From Candidatus Caccocola faecigallinarum (GTDB taxonomy: Bacteria; Synergistota; Synergistia; Synergistales; Synergistaceae): a stretch of 64,000 nt of DNA. The stretch's first letter is position 1; every line of letters begins with the position of its first letter. Where the stretch lies: contig DVGL01000027.1 of NCBI GenBank assembly GCA_018712745.1, positions 66,929 through 130,928 on the forward strand. The letters run 5' to 3'. Positions 39,888-50,605 of the stretch are shown here, one piece after another. Under the pieces are notes generated by a model. That model saw only the letters and a program-made list of their open reading frames with translations, had not been told where the DNA came from and searched no databases. The position numbers and the translations under genes were made by a program.

Positions 39888-41482
39888 TGAAAAAGCTCAT
39901 TGCAATTTTTGCGCTTATACTTACGCTCTGCGCGCCCGCCGCGCTCTTCGCGGAAGAGGCCGCGACGCCGTCGCCCGACGCAGCCGCGCCCGCGGCCGGC
40001 GAAAAAGTCCTTCGCTGGGGCGGAGACTCCGAGGGCGGATTCCCCTACATGTTCCCCGACCCGCAGGATCCGAAGAGGCTCATAGGCTTCGAGGTCGACA
40101 TAGTCAACGCGCTCGCGAAAGAGATGGGCCGCACGCCCGTCTACGTCAACAACGCGTGGGACAACCTCATCCCGGGCCTCGACCGCAACCTCTACGACAT
40201 CGCGATAAACGGCCTCGAGGTCACGCCGGAGCACGAGGGCGAGGTCAACTTCTCGATACCCTACTACAAGACCTTCCTGCAGCTCGCGGTGCGCCGCGAG
40301 GACGACTCGATAAAGGGCCTTCAGGACCTCAAGGGCAAGATCGCCGGCACGCTTAAAGAAAGCTACGCGCAGATGGTGCTCGAAGAGGTCGGCGACGTAG
40401 AGATACGCACCTACATCGTCGAGGCCAACACCTACGAGGACCTCGCCAACGGACGCCTCGACGCGGCGCTCTTCGACCAGCCGATAGCGCTCTACTCCGC
40501 GGGCTTCAACCCAGAGATAAAATTCGTCGGCGAGCCGATAGGCGAAATAATCTACGCGATAGCGATGCGCAAGAGCGACACCGAGCTCACGCGCGAAGTC
40601 AACCGCGCGCTCATCGCGATGCGCGACAAGGGCATACTGCGCGAGATATACGACCGCTGGAACCTCTGGACCCCGGTCATGGCCGAGACCTTCAACGACT
40701 ACGACCCGCCGAAGGTCGAGCCCGCGCGCTACAACGAATGGGCCGAGGCCCACAGGCCGCAGCTGACGCTCCAGAAGCGCCTCGAAAGATACTGGGAGGC
40801 CGCGCCGCTCTTCGCGCGCGGAGCCGTCGTAACGATAGAAGTCTCGATAGTATCGATGGTCATAGCGATGGCGCTCGGCCTCGCGCTCGCCGTCACGCGC
40901 GTCTTCGCGCCCAAATGGATGGCGATGATAGCGACCGCCTACGTCGAAATCATACGAGGAACGCCGCTTTTGATACAGCTCTTCTTCATCTTCTACGGGC
41001 TGCCCTCGGTCGGCATCAAGCTCTCGCCCTTCTGGGCCGGAGCGATAGGTCTCGGCCTCAACTACGCGGCCTACGAAGCCGAAGTCTACCGGACGGGGCT
41101 CTTCGCGATACCGCGCACCCAGTGGGAAGCGGCGCTCGCGCTCGGCATGACGCGCTGGCAGGCGATGCGCGAAGTCATCCTGCCGCAGGCCATCCGCGTC
41201 GTCATCCCGCCGATAAACAACGACTTCATATCGCTGCTCAAGGACTCCTCGCTCGTCTCCATCATCACAATGGTAGACCTCACGAAAGTCTACGGCCAGG
41301 TCTCCGCAACCTACTACGACTACTTCGGCCCCGGAATCCTCGTCGCGATAATCTACCTCCTGATAGGCCTACCCTTCGTGCGCTTCTCGCGCTACACGGA
41401 AAGACGCCTGGCCGCCTCCGAAAAAGACGGCCAGGAAGGCCACCGCGAGAACATCTACAGAAGCAGCACGAGATACTTCTAA
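39881..41482 (+). CDS. fused amino acid ABC substrate-binding protein/permease
   Basis: SBP_bac_3 domain (GFEVDI) plus RGTPLL and EAALALG permease motifs. Confidence 0.92.
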   Translation: MLMKKLIAIFALILTLCAPAALFAEEAATPSPDAAAPAAGEKVLRWGGDSEGGFPYMFPDPQDPKRLIGFEVDIVNALAKEMGRTPVYVNNAWDNLIPGLDRNLYDIAINGLEVTPEHEGEVNFSIPYYKTFLQLAVRREDDSIKGLQDLKGKIAGTLKESYAQMVLEEVGDVEIRTYIVEANTYEDLANGRLDAALFDQPIALYSAGFNPEIKFVGEPIGEIIYAIAMRKSDTELTREVNRALIAMRDKGILREIYDRWNLWTPVMAETFNDYDPPKVEPARYNEWAEAHRPQLTLQKRLERYWEAAPLFARGAVVTIEVSIVSMVIAMALGLALAVTRVFAPKWMAMIATAYVEIIRGTPLLIQLFFIFYGLPSVGIKLSPFWAGAIGLGLNYAAYEAEVYRTGLFAIPRTQWEAALALGMTRWQAMREVILPQAIRVVIPPINNDFISLLKDSSLVSIITMVDLTKVYGQVSATYYDYFGPGILVAIIYLLIGLPFVRFSRYTERRLAASEKDGQEGHRENIYRSSTRYF

Positions 41483-41596
41483 CGGCGAAAAGCACAGACG
41501 CGCCCTTCCGTTCAGCGGAGGGCGCGTTTTTGTATCTCTGACGCTGGATTTATCGGGCCGGGGAAAATTTAAAAAATCGTAAAAAATTAATCAAGC

Positions 41597-43894
41597 CTAT
41601 TTCTCGCCCCGCAGCCGTTCCGCCAGGCGCGTGTATCTTTTTTTTGTTTTGTCGTTCGCCACGGCGATGCGGAGGGCTTTTTTGGTGCCTACTATTACGA
41701 CTAGTTTTTTGCCGCGCGTTATCGCGGTGTAGAGGAGGTTGCGCTGGAGCATTACGTAGTGCTGCGTGAGCAGCGGGATGACGACGGCGGGGTATTCGGA
41801 GCCCTGCGATTTGTGTATCGAGACGGCGTAGGCGTGGACGAGTTCGTCTAGCTCGGTGAAGTCGTAGTCGACTATGCCCGCGTCCATTTTCGCGTAGAGG
41901 CGCGAGTTTTCGCCGTCTATCGATACGATTGTGCCGATGTCGCCGTTGTAGACGTCTTTGTCGTAGTTGTTCTTTATCTGCATGACCTTGTCGCCGGCCT
42001 TGAATACGCGGTCGAGGCGCTGCACGCGCGCGCCGTTTCCAGCGTTGAGCAGCTTTTCGAGCTCGGCGTTGAGGCGGCGCGTCCCGGCGACGCCGCTGTG
42101 CATCGGGCAGAGCACCTGTATGTCGTTGACGGGGTCGAAGCCGAAGCGGCGCGGTATGTTTTCCGTTACAAGTTTTTTTATCGTGGCAAGCACCTTGTCG
42201 TCGAAGCGGCGCTTGTATTCTTCGTCGGTCAGGCCGTCCGCAGCAACCTTCGGCTCGATGAAGTAGAAGTCGGAGAGCGCGCCGTCCTCTGGCTCGAGCG
42301 GCAGCTCGCCGCGGTTGACGCGGTGGGCGTTGGTGATTATGCGGCTCGCGCCGCTCTGGCGGAATATTTCGTTGAGCATGACGACGGGGCATACGCCGGA
42401 GTCGATGATGTCCTTGAGCACGTTGCCGGGCGAGACTGATGGAAGCTGGTTCACGTCGCCGACGAATATGAGCGACGCGCCGCGCGGCACGGCCTTGAGA
42501 AGATGGTGGAAGAGTATCTGGTCTATCATCGAGGCTTCGTCGACGATGAGCAGGTCGCATTCGAGTTTGTTTTCCTCGTTGCGCATGAAGCCGCCGCCGA
42601 AGAGCGAGTTAGCGCGTCCAGCCGCGTCGTCCGCGAAGCCGCCGCCGCTCGAATATTCGAGCAGTCTGTGTATCGTCTTGGCTTCGTGCCCCGTCGCCTC
42701 CGTCATCCGTTTCGCGGCGCGTCCCGTCGGCGCGGCCAGCATGACGCGGTAGCCGCCCTCCTCGCGCAGCCGCAGGACGGCGCGGATTATCGTCGTCTTT
42801 CCGGTGCCTGGGCCGCCGGTTATGACCATGACCTTGGAGTTGACGGCGCGCGTTATCGCCTCGCGCTGCGCCTCGGCGAAGGTCATTTCCATTTCGCGTT
42901 CGAGCCACGGTATCGCGGCGTTCGTGTCGACGGCTTTGCTGTTGTAGGGCTCTTCGGCGATGCGGCGCAGGTTTTCCGCCGAGTGGGTCTCCGCGTAGTG
43001 GAAGGCCGGAAGGTAGACGGCGTTTTTGTCCTCGCCGCCGCCGGGGATTTCCTCGACGACGATGTTTCCCGCGAGGCGCGCCTGCTCTATGCCCGCAGCC
43101 GCAATTTCTTCCGCGACGCCGAGCTTTTCTGCGGCGAGCGCGGCGAGCATTTTGCGAGGCACGTAGACGTGGCCCTCGCCCGTGAGGTCGTTGAGCGCGT
43201 TGTGTACGCCCGCCGCGACGCGGTAGGGCGAGTCGTGCGGCACGCCGAGCTTCTGCGCTATCGCGTCGGCGGTGGCGAAGCCTATGCCCTGCACGTCGAG
43301 CGCTATCTGGTACGGGTTGGCCTTCATCACCTCGAGCGCGGCGGAGCCGTATTTTTTGAATATGCGCATCGCGTAGCCCGCGCCGACGCCGTAGCCCTGG
43401 AGGAATACCATGACCTCGCGCATGTCGCGCTGTTCGCGCCACGACTCGCCAGCCGCCTCGGCCTTCGCGCGGCTGACGCCCTTGACCTCGGCGAGGCGCA
43501 TCGGGTCGTCGTCGAGTATCTTCGCCGTCTCCGCGCCGAATTTCTCGATTATCTTGCGCGCCGTCGCGGGGCCTATGCCGCGTATGAGGCCGGAGCCGAG
43601 GAATTTTTCGAGGCCGTCTGCGGTCGAGGGCAGCGCGCTGTCGCAGCTGTCGAAATGGAACTGCATTCCGTAGCGGCTGTTTTCCTCCCAGCGGCCCTTC
43701 ATCGTCAGCATCTCGCCGGGCGCAGGCTCGGCCGCGATGCCGACCGCGGTCACAAGGTCAGGATAGCCGCGCACGCGAATGCGGAGAACGGTGTACCCGT
43801 TCTCCGCGTTGCGGTAGACTATGTGCTCCGCCTGCCCTTGAAGGTCTATCACAAGGGCCGGGGATTTCAGCGTTTTGGATTCTTCCCCGCTCAA
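41597..43894 (-). CDS. recD2: ATP-dependent RecD2-like DNA helicase
   Basis: HhH region, GGPGTGKTT, DEASM, HKSQGSEY, YTAITR. Confidence 0.93.
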   Translation of the reverse strand: MSGEESKTLKSPALVIDLQGQAEHIVYRNAENGYTVLRIRVRGYPDLVTAVGIAAEPAPGEMLTMKGRWEENSRYGMQFHFDSCDSALPSTADGLEKFLGSGLIRGIGPATARKIIEKFGAETAKILDDDPMRLAEVKGVSRAKAEAAGESWREQRDMREVMVFLQGYGVGAGYAMRIFKKYGSAALEVMKANPYQIALDVQGIGFATADAIAQKLGVPHDSPYRVAAGVHNALNDLTGEGHVYVPRKMLAALAAEKLGVAEEIAAAGIEQARLAGNIVVEEIPGGGEDKNAVYLPAFHYAETHSAENLRRIAEEPYNSKAVDTNAAIPWLEREMEMTFAEAQREAITRAVNSKVMVITGGPGTGKTTIIRAVLRLREEGGYRVMLAAPTGRAAKRMTEATGHEAKTIHRLLEYSSGGGFADDAAGRANSLFGGGFMRNEENKLECDLLIVDEASMIDQILFHHLLKAVPRGASLIFVGDVNQLPSVSPGNVLKDIIDSGVCPVVMLNEIFRQSGASRIITNAHRVNRGELPLEPEDGALSDFYFIEPKVAADGLTDEEYKRRFDDKVLATIKKLVTENIPRRFGFDPVNDIQVLCPMHSGVAGTRRLNAELEKLLNAGNGARVQRLDRVFKAGDKVMQIKNNYDKDVYNGDIGTIVSIDGENSRLYAKMDAGIVDYDFTELDELVHAYAVSIHKSQGSEYPAVVIPLLTQHYVMLQRNLLYTAITRGKKLVVIVGTKKALRIAVANDKTKKRYTRLAERLRGEK

Positions 43895-43903
43895 GCCGCG
43901 CGC

Positions 43904-45529
43904 CTACTCTATGTGGCGTATCTTTCCGTCGACGACCGTGAGCCCCGCTTCGAGCTTAGGCAGGTCGTCGTCCGCGGTCTGGAACGGATCTTCGAGGAAG
44001 GCCGTGAAGTCCGCGGCCTTGCCGGGCTCGAGCGTGCCGCGCCACGACAGCTCGCCGCAGACGCGCGCGCCGCCGCTCGTGTACATAGCGAATGTCTCTA
44101 CGCGGTCGAGCCGCTGCACCGGCATCCAGCCGTGCTCAGGCTCGTTGTTGAGGTCCTGGCGCAGTATCGCGGCGCGTATCCCCACGAAGGGGTTCAGCGA
44201 CTCTGTCGGAGCGTCGGAACCCGCGCCGAGCGGGATGCCGCTCTTGAGCATCGACTTCCACGCGTAGCTCCAGCGCGCGCGGTCCGTGTCGAGGCGCGGC
44301 ACTACTATCGGCCAGTCAGATGTGGCGAAGGCGGGCTGTATGTCCGCCATGACGCCGAGCTCCGTCATGCGCGCGAAAAGGTCCTGCGCGCCTATCTGGC
44401 AGTGGACAATCCTGTGGCGGATGTCGGATCTCGCCGCTCCGCGCGCCGACTCGACGGCGTTGAGGCAGCGCTCTATAGCGCCGTCGCCTATAGCGTAAAA
44501 GGCGACCTGCATGCCCGCCTCCTGCGCGCGGCGCACAAGGCGGTTGAGCGTCTCCTGCGAGTGCGCGTAGACGCCGCGGTTGCCCGGGTCGTCGGAGTAT
44601 TCCTCGCGCAGCGCCGCGGTGCGCGCGCCGAGCGTCCCGTCGACGTGTATCTTGAGCGGGCCTGAGCGGAAGAATTTCCCGCCGCGGCTGCATCCGCCGT
44701 TTTCTATGAACTCCGCGAGCCCTTCCTCGCCGCGCAGGTGCCACTGCTGCGCTATGCGCATCGGCATCTTTCCGCGCGATTCTAGGGATTCGTAGAGGTC
44801 GAAGACGCCCTCGACGCCGCCCGCCATTTCAAGGTCGTCGGTCTGCACCGAGGTTATGCCGTACTTTATCATGCGGTCGACGGCGAGGCCGTACCAGTGC
44901 TCGAGGGTCTCGCGCGACTGCTCCGGGATGTTCATGCGCGCCCAGTTGACGGCGGCCTCGCTGATGAGCCCCGTCGGCTCGCCGGAGCCGTCTGTGTTGA
45001 CGACGCCGCCGGATATCCTGAAATCGCCGTCGATTTTCAGAAGCTTCAAAGCGACGCTGTTGAGTACTGCGATGTGTCCGCAGGAGCGCTCGAAGAAGAG
45101 CGGCGCGTCCGTCGATATCAGGTCGAGGTCGCGGCGGTTTGGGAAGCGCTTCTCCGCCATTTTGTTCTGGTCCCAGCCGCGCGCGAAGAACCACCCGCCT
45201 GGCGGCAGCGCGTTCTCCGCAAGGAAGTGCCGTCCGCGGCCTATCATCTCGTCTATCGAGCGCGCGCCGCTCAAATCGAGCGTTTCGAGGCTGCGTCCCG
45301 CCGCAAGCAGATGATTGTGCGTGTCGGTGAAGCCCGGGAGGACGTACTTGCCCTTCATGTCGAGCACCACCGTTTTTGAATCGCAGAGCGCGAGTATGTC
45401 ACTGTCGCCGCCGACGGCCTCGATGACACCGCCGCGCGCAAAGAGCGCCTGCGCGCGCCCGGGGTGGGCCATCGGGTAGATTACGGCGTTAATGAGAGCG
45501 ATGGAATCGTTTCGGTTCCCGTCTGCCAT
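43904..45529 (-). CDS. YtcJ-like amidohydrolase
   Basis: PGFTDTHNH, DGTLGARTA, GSDAP, GKAADF. Confidence 0.9.
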   Translation of the reverse strand: MADGNRNDSIALINAVIYPMAHPGRAQALFARGGVIEAVGGDSDILALCDSKTVVLDMKGKYVLPGFTDTHNHLLAAGRSLETLDLSGARSIDEMIGRGRHFLAENALPPGGWFFARGWDQNKMAEKRFPNRRDLDLISTDAPLFFERSCGHIAVLNSVALKLLKIDGDFRISGGVVNTDGSGEPTGLISEAAVNWARMNIPEQSRETLEHWYGLAVDRMIKYGITSVQTDDLEMAGGVEGVFDLYESLESRGKMPMRIAQQWHLRGEEGLAEFIENGGCSRGGKFFRSGPLKIHVDGTLGARTAALREEYSDDPGNRGVYAHSQETLNRLVRRAQEAGMQVAFYAIGDGAIERCLNAVESARGAARSDIRHRIVHCQIGAQDLFARMTELGVMADIQPAFATSDWPIVVPRLDTDRARWSYAWKSMLKSGIPLGAGSDAPTESLNPFVGIRAAILRQDLNNEPEHGWMPVQRLDRVETFAMYTSGGARVCGELSWRGTLEPGKAADFTAFLEDPFQTADDDLPKLEAGLTVVDGKIRHIE

Positions 45530-45554
45530 TCGGAGATGTAGCTCCTTCTTTCCT

Positions 45555-47015
45555 TTACAGCTCGCGGATGAGCTCGGCGAGCGTTCTCATGCCGAAGCCG
45601 GTCGCTCCCTTGACATAGTAGCTGAACGGCGTCTTCGCGAAGTCCGCCGCCGCTATGTCGAGATGCACCCACGGGATATCTTTGCCTACGAACGCTTCGA
45701 GGAACATCGCCGCCGTTATGGCCCCGCCGTAGCGTCCGCCGCTGTTCACAAGGTCGGCGAAGGGCGACTTTATCTTCTCGCGCAGGTTCGGGTCGTCCAT
45801 CGGGAGCTTCCAGAGGCGCTCGCCGCTCGCGGCGGAGGCCTTCAGCACCTTGTCGCCGAATTCGTCGTTGTTCGTAAAGAGCCCCGCCGTCGTAGAGCCG
45901 AGCGCGACCGCGCAGGCCCCCGTCAGCGTCGCTATGTCCACTATCATGTCGGGCTTGAGCTCCGAGGCGTAGCAGAGCGCGTCGGCGAGCGTCAGACGGC
46001 CCTCGGCGTCTGTGTTGTTGACCTCGATCGTCTTTCCGTTGCGCGCGCGCAGGATGTCGTCGGGCCTGTAGGCCGAGCCGCCCGGCATATTCTCCGCGGC
46101 GGCGACTATCGCCGTCACCTTCCACGGCAGCTTCATCAGCGCCGCGGCGCGTATCGCGCCGAGCACCGCGCACGCGCCGCTCTTGTCGCCCTTCATCGTG
46201 AGCATAAATTCCGACGGCTTTATGTCGAGGCCGCCGCTGTCGAAGGTCAGCCCCTTGCCGACAAGCGCGATGTGGCCCTTCGCGTTTTCCGGTTCGTAGG
46301 TCAGATGTATGAAGCGCGGCGGGTTTGCGGAGCCGGCGGCGACGGCGGCGTAAGCGCCCATATTTTCGTCGGCGATGCGCTTTTCGTCCCATATCTCGCA
46401 GGCGAGGCCGAGCTCTGCGGCGAGCTCCTGCGCCTTGGCCGCGAGCACCTCGGGGTTGATTACGCAGCCCGGCTCGTTCGCAAGGTCGCGCGTCCAGCAC
46501 TGCGACGCGCCGAGGATGCGTCCCTCTTCGAGCGCCTTTTCGCAGCCGTCGAAGACCGTGACGGCCTCTATCGCAGCAAACCTGTCCTTCTCGTCGCGCG
46601 CGAGGTACTTGTTGAAGCGGTACGAGGCGAGCGCGCAGCCCTCAGCCGCGGCGCGCGAACGGTCCGCGTCGCCCGCCTTCGGCATCGTCAGCGAAAGCTC
46701 CGCGCATCCGCGCAAGGCGGCGGCGCGGGCCGCCGAGAAGGCCGCGACGCGCACGCGCTCCGGAGTAAGCTTGTCCTCGGGGCCGAGCCCAGCTATGACG
46801 GCCCAGCGCACCGTCTTGTCCGCGACCGGCACGACGAGCAGCTTGCCCGCCTCGCTGCGGAAATTTTCGTTGACGACGACGCGGCGGCAGAAGTCGCGCA
46901 TCTCGCCGCGCAGCGGGTCGAGCGAGACCGTCTCCGGCTCGCCCTCCGCCGCGAGTATGGCTATCACGGCCAGCGATTCGGCGTTGAAATTCTCATCCTG
47001 GATTTTGATGTACAT
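45555..47015 (-). CDS. pepA: leucyl aminopeptidase (M17)
   Basis: GKGLTFDSGG, NTDAEGRL, ATLTGA. Confidence 0.95.
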   Translation of the reverse strand: MYIKIQDENFNAESLAVIAILAAEGEPETVSLDPLRGEMRDFCRRVVVNENFRSEAGKLLVVPVADKTVRWAVIAGLGPEDKLTPERVRVAAFSAARAAALRGCAELSLTMPKAGDADRSRAAAEGCALASYRFNKYLARDEKDRFAAIEAVTVFDGCEKALEEGRILGASQCWTRDLANEPGCVINPEVLAAKAQELAAELGLACEIWDEKRIADENMGAYAAVAAGSANPPRFIHLTYEPENAKGHIALVGKGLTFDSGGLDIKPSEFMLTMKGDKSGACAVLGAIRAAALMKLPWKVTAIVAAAENMPGGSAYRPDDILRARNGKTIEVNNTDAEGRLTLADALCYASELKPDMIVDIATLTGACAVALGSTTAGLFTNNDEFGDKVLKASAASGERLWKLPMDDPNLREKIKSPFADLVNSGGRYGGAITAAMFLEAFVGKDIPWVHLDIAAADFAKTPFSYYVKGATGFGMRTLAELIREL

Positions 47016-47269
47016 TTATATTTCCTCCCGAAATGAACTCAGAGTTTTCATCCAAAGATATGATAACACCTTTGCAGCGCCGCTGCATGATATTTTGACC
47101 GAGCCGCGCGCCGTTTTTTACGAAAATTTCAATTCCGCGCCTTTTCTCCTTTTTTGCGCGCGAGGTACGCGCCGCCGGTTTAATGTATAATAGAGACGCT
47201 GAACATAATTACCGAAGCCCACGAGATTTCAAAATTTTCACGCGAGCGGGGAAAGGCAGGCTGATATAT

Positions 47270-48253
47270 ATGGATATAAAGCCGTTTATGAAGAAGCGCC
47301 TGATGTTCGCCTACGAGGTGTCGCTGCCGCTGATGGCGCTCTTTTCGCTCGTCACGCTCATCGCGCTCGGCTCGTCGTACTTCCACCCCGAGCGGCAGCC
47401 GATGCTCATCTACGTGCTCGACCACGTCATCTGGCTGATTTTCACAGCGGATCTGCTTGTGCGCCTCTGCTTCGCGAAGAGCCTGCGCGCCTTCGTGCTG
47501 AGCCGTCTGCCCGAGTTCGTAGCGGTCGTACCGGTCGTGCCGTTCATCGCGCTTAACTACGTGTTCGAGCGGCTCGGCTGGGACTCCGTCTCATCGGTCT
47601 ACGTGCAGGCCGTATTCTTCATAAAGTTCATCGCCTATCTCGGCCGCGCCTTCACGACGCAGAGCCGCTTCTTCAAGACGAACATGCTGCACTACGCGGG
47701 AGGAGTGACGATAATCGCCATCGTCACCGCGGCGATGTTCTTCGTCAACTCGGAGAAAAGCAGCTACGAAGACGCGATATGGTGGGCTTTCGTCACGGCG
47801 AGCACGACGGGCTACGGAGACATCGTGCCGAAGACGGACATGGGGCGCATCACGGGCGTCTGCCTGATGATACTCGGCGTCGCCTGTACGACGGCCTTCA
47901 CCAGTATCATAGCCGGGCGCATCATGGCGCGCAGCGGCGAGGACAAAAAACAGAACCCGCACGTCGCCGCCGTTCAGCGTCAGCTTGACCGCTTCGAATC
48001 GCTGAGCGACGAGGAGGTCGAGGACATCTGCGCCGTGCTCAAATCGCTCCGGCGCGGCGGCGAAACGGAGACGGACACGCAGACCGAGGAAAAATCCGAA
48101 GACGCGCCGCCGGCTACCGCGCTCGACAGAAAATGGCAGAACATCATGGCCGTCCGCCGCGTACGGGCAAGGTTCGCTCCGTTCATCCGCGCCGAAGAAA
48201 AAATGACGGAGCTCATAAAGGAAGAGGGCAAGAAAAAAGAGGAAGGAGAATAA
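47270..48253 (+). CDS. potassium channel family protein
   Basis: WWAFVTASTTGYGD selectivity filter and multiple TM helices. Confidence 0.88.
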   Translation: MDIKPFMKKRLMFAYEVSLPLMALFSLVTLIALGSSYFHPERQPMLIYVLDHVIWLIFTADLLVRLCFAKSLRAFVLSRLPEFVAVVPVVPFIALNYVFERLGWDSVSSVYVQAVFFIKFIAYLGRAFTTQSRFFKTNMLHYAGGVTIIAIVTAAMFFVNSEKSSYEDAIWWAFVTASTTGYGDIVPKTDMGRITGVCLMILGVACTTAFTSIIAGRIMARSGEDKKQNPHVAAVQRQLDRFESLSDEEVEDICAVLKSLRRGGETETDTQTEEKSEDAPPATALDRKWQNIMAVRRVRARFAPFIRAEEKMTELIKEEGKKKEEGE

Positions 48254-48310
48254 ATTTCTCCCTCCTCTTTATTGAATTTACATCCTGAGCGAGGACTGCC
48301 GCTAGCCGGA

Positions 48311-49408
48311 CTATTCTCCGCCGTTTTCGAAAACCTTCGTCACGTACTCCGACGTCGAGGCGGAGAGCATCGCCGTGTAGTCGGGGCGGAAGCTCAGCAC
48401 GTCGCCGACCTTCAGGTCGGGCCGCGCCTCGATGTCTACGAGAAGGTGGTCGCTCGACGCCGTCCTTATCTTCACGCCCTCGTCGAGCGGCGTAAGCCCC
48501 GCGACGTTCACGTCCTGCTTGCCGACGGCGAGGATGCCCTGCCTGCGCGTGCCGTGGTCGACGAAGACCGGCACGTTGCCGAAGGCGTCGTGCCCTATCT
48601 CGCCGACGGGCAGCGTGCGCTTCGCGCGAATCTCGACGAGCTCCGCTTCGAGCCGCATCGTATCCTGCGACAGCCCTTCGATGTCCACGTCGAAGGCCAT
48701 GTCGCGCCCGAGCAGCAGACATTCGCCCAATCTTAAATTATTTATCTCTTTAGGAAGATGGCCCCGGCGCATCTGTACGAACGATCAGGTGCCGCCGCCG
48801 GAATATATCTCGAGCTTCCGTCCGAGCTCCGCTTCGAAGGCGCGCCCGCAGTCCACAAGCGCCGTCAAATTCTTCTCCGACGGCAGCACGCCGCTCGCGC
48901 ACGAGAAATTCGCGCCGACGCCCGCGACGCTCAGAAACTCGCCGTCGCATGGCGCGAGCTCGCGCGCGGCCTCCGCCGCATCCTCGAACCAATATCCCTC
49001 GCGCAGGTCGCCCATGTCGAACATGACGACCGCGGCTATCTTTTTGCGTTTCTCCTCGCATATACGCGCGAGCTCCGCCGTCACGCCCGCGTCCGAGACG
49101 AGCACGTAGTCGCAGAATTCCGCGGCCTCGGCGAGCTCCGAGTACATCGGTATGCGTATCAGCGCGAACCTCGCGCGCACGCCGGCCTCGCGCATCTTAC
49201 GCATGTTCGCGACGCGGCTGTCCGCTATCGTATCTATACCCGCGGCCTCGAAGACGCGCGCCACCTCGGCGAAGGCGGAAATTCCCTTCGACACGCCCCA
49301 GACGCTCACGCCGTGCGCCGCGCAGTCCGCGGCGAGCCGCCGTCCGTTATGCTCTATCCTGTCCGTCCTGACTCTCAGCAGCGGGTATCTTTCCTTCTCC
49401 CCCGTCAT
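48311..49408 (-). CDS. PLP-dependent alanine/ornithine racemase-family protein with in-frame TGA (48785-48787), putative Sec
   Basis: GVSK PLP lysine, DMGDLREG, ANFSC, SGGGT-TGA-SFVQ..INNLRLGE, SSDH; both halves in frame, 365 aa total. Confidence 0.75.
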
Positions 49409-49529
49409 GCGAAACACTCCCAAACAAAAGATGACGGCGTACATTACCGGCGCGCCGCGCGGCGCGTCATGTTACAATTACATCGTCGGCATAATATTAT
49501 ATAACAAACGCTCAAAAGGAGATGAACGC

Positions 49530-50516
49530 ATGGAAAGACTTCCGGTAGAACCGACTATAACCGACGTAATGAAAGCCAGCAAATTTCTCAGGAACCGCGT
49601 GAGGCGCACGCCGGCGGAATACTCTTTCGCGCTCAGCGAAAGGGCCGGCGCGCCGGTGGTCCTCAAGCTCGACAACCAGCAGATCTGCGGCTCGTTCAAG
49701 GTGCGCGGCGCATTTTATAAAATGTTCTCGCTCTCCCGCGAGACGCTCGAGCGCGGCGTCGTAACCTGTTCGAGCGGCAACCACGCGCAGGGCGTCGCGA
49801 AGGCGGCGGCGGAGCTGCGCGCGAAGGCGTGGATATACGTCCCGGACGTCTGCCCCGAGACGAAGAAGACCGCGATACGCCGTCTCGGCGGCGAATGGGT
49901 CGAGCTCGTCGTCGCGGACGGCGACTACGATTTCGCAGAGGGCGAGGCGCGCGCCTTCGCGGCGGAGCGCGGCATGACCTTCATATCGCCCTTCGAGGAT
50001 TCGGACGTCATAGCCGGGCAGGGCACGGCGGGTGTCGAATTCCTCGCAGACGAGCCGGACATAGAGCTGCTGCTCGTCCCGGCGGGCGGCGGCGCGCTGC
50101 TCAACGGCACGGCGATAGCCGCGGCGGCGCTCGCGCCCAAGGCCGAGGTCTGGGGCGTGCAGTCCGAGGCGTCGAACCCGTGGGTGGTCTCGTGGGAAAG
50201 CGGCAAGGTCGGCGGCGAATTCACGCTCGCGCCGACGATTGCGGACGGCCTCTCCGGCGCGATACCGCAGAGCATGCTTTCGCTCGCGAAGCAGCGCGTC
50301 ACGGGAATCATCGAAGTGACGGAGCGCGAGATAGCCGCGGCGATAGCCTTCATGCACCGCGAGCACCACCAGCAGGTCGAGGGCGCGGGAGCCGTCGGCG
50401 TCGCGGCTCTGCTCGCAGGCAAAGCCCCGATAAACGGCCGCAAGACCGGCATAATCATCTCGGGCGGCAACATCGACGAAGAAAAGCTGCTTTCGATACT
50501 CGAGGAATACGATTAG
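49530..50516 (+). CDS. threonine/serine dehydratase (fold type II PLP)
   Basis: GSFKVRGA, SSGNHAQG, GQGT, SGGNID. Confidence 0.9.
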   Translation: MERLPVEPTITDVMKASKFLRNRVRRTPAEYSFALSERAGAPVVLKLDNQQICGSFKVRGAFYKMFSLSRETLERGVVTCSSGNHAQGVAKAAAELRAKAWIYVPDVCPETKKTAIRRLGGEWVELVVADGDYDFAEGEARAFAAERGMTFISPFEDSDVIAGQGTAGVEFLADEPDIELLLVPAGGGALLNGTAIAAAALAPKAEVWGVQSEASNPWVVSWESGKVGGEFTLAPTIADGLSGAIPQSMLSLAKQRVTGIIEVTEREIAAAIAFMHREHHQQVEGAGAVGVAALLAGKAPINGRKTGIIISGGNIDEEKLLSILEEYD

Positions 50517-50605
50517 CCCGGGCGAATAGATATACTCTCTTACGCAAAAATCTGCGCCAGCGTAAAATTATGCAAAAAGCTGCAAAAAACGCGGGGGTGC
50601 GGGCG

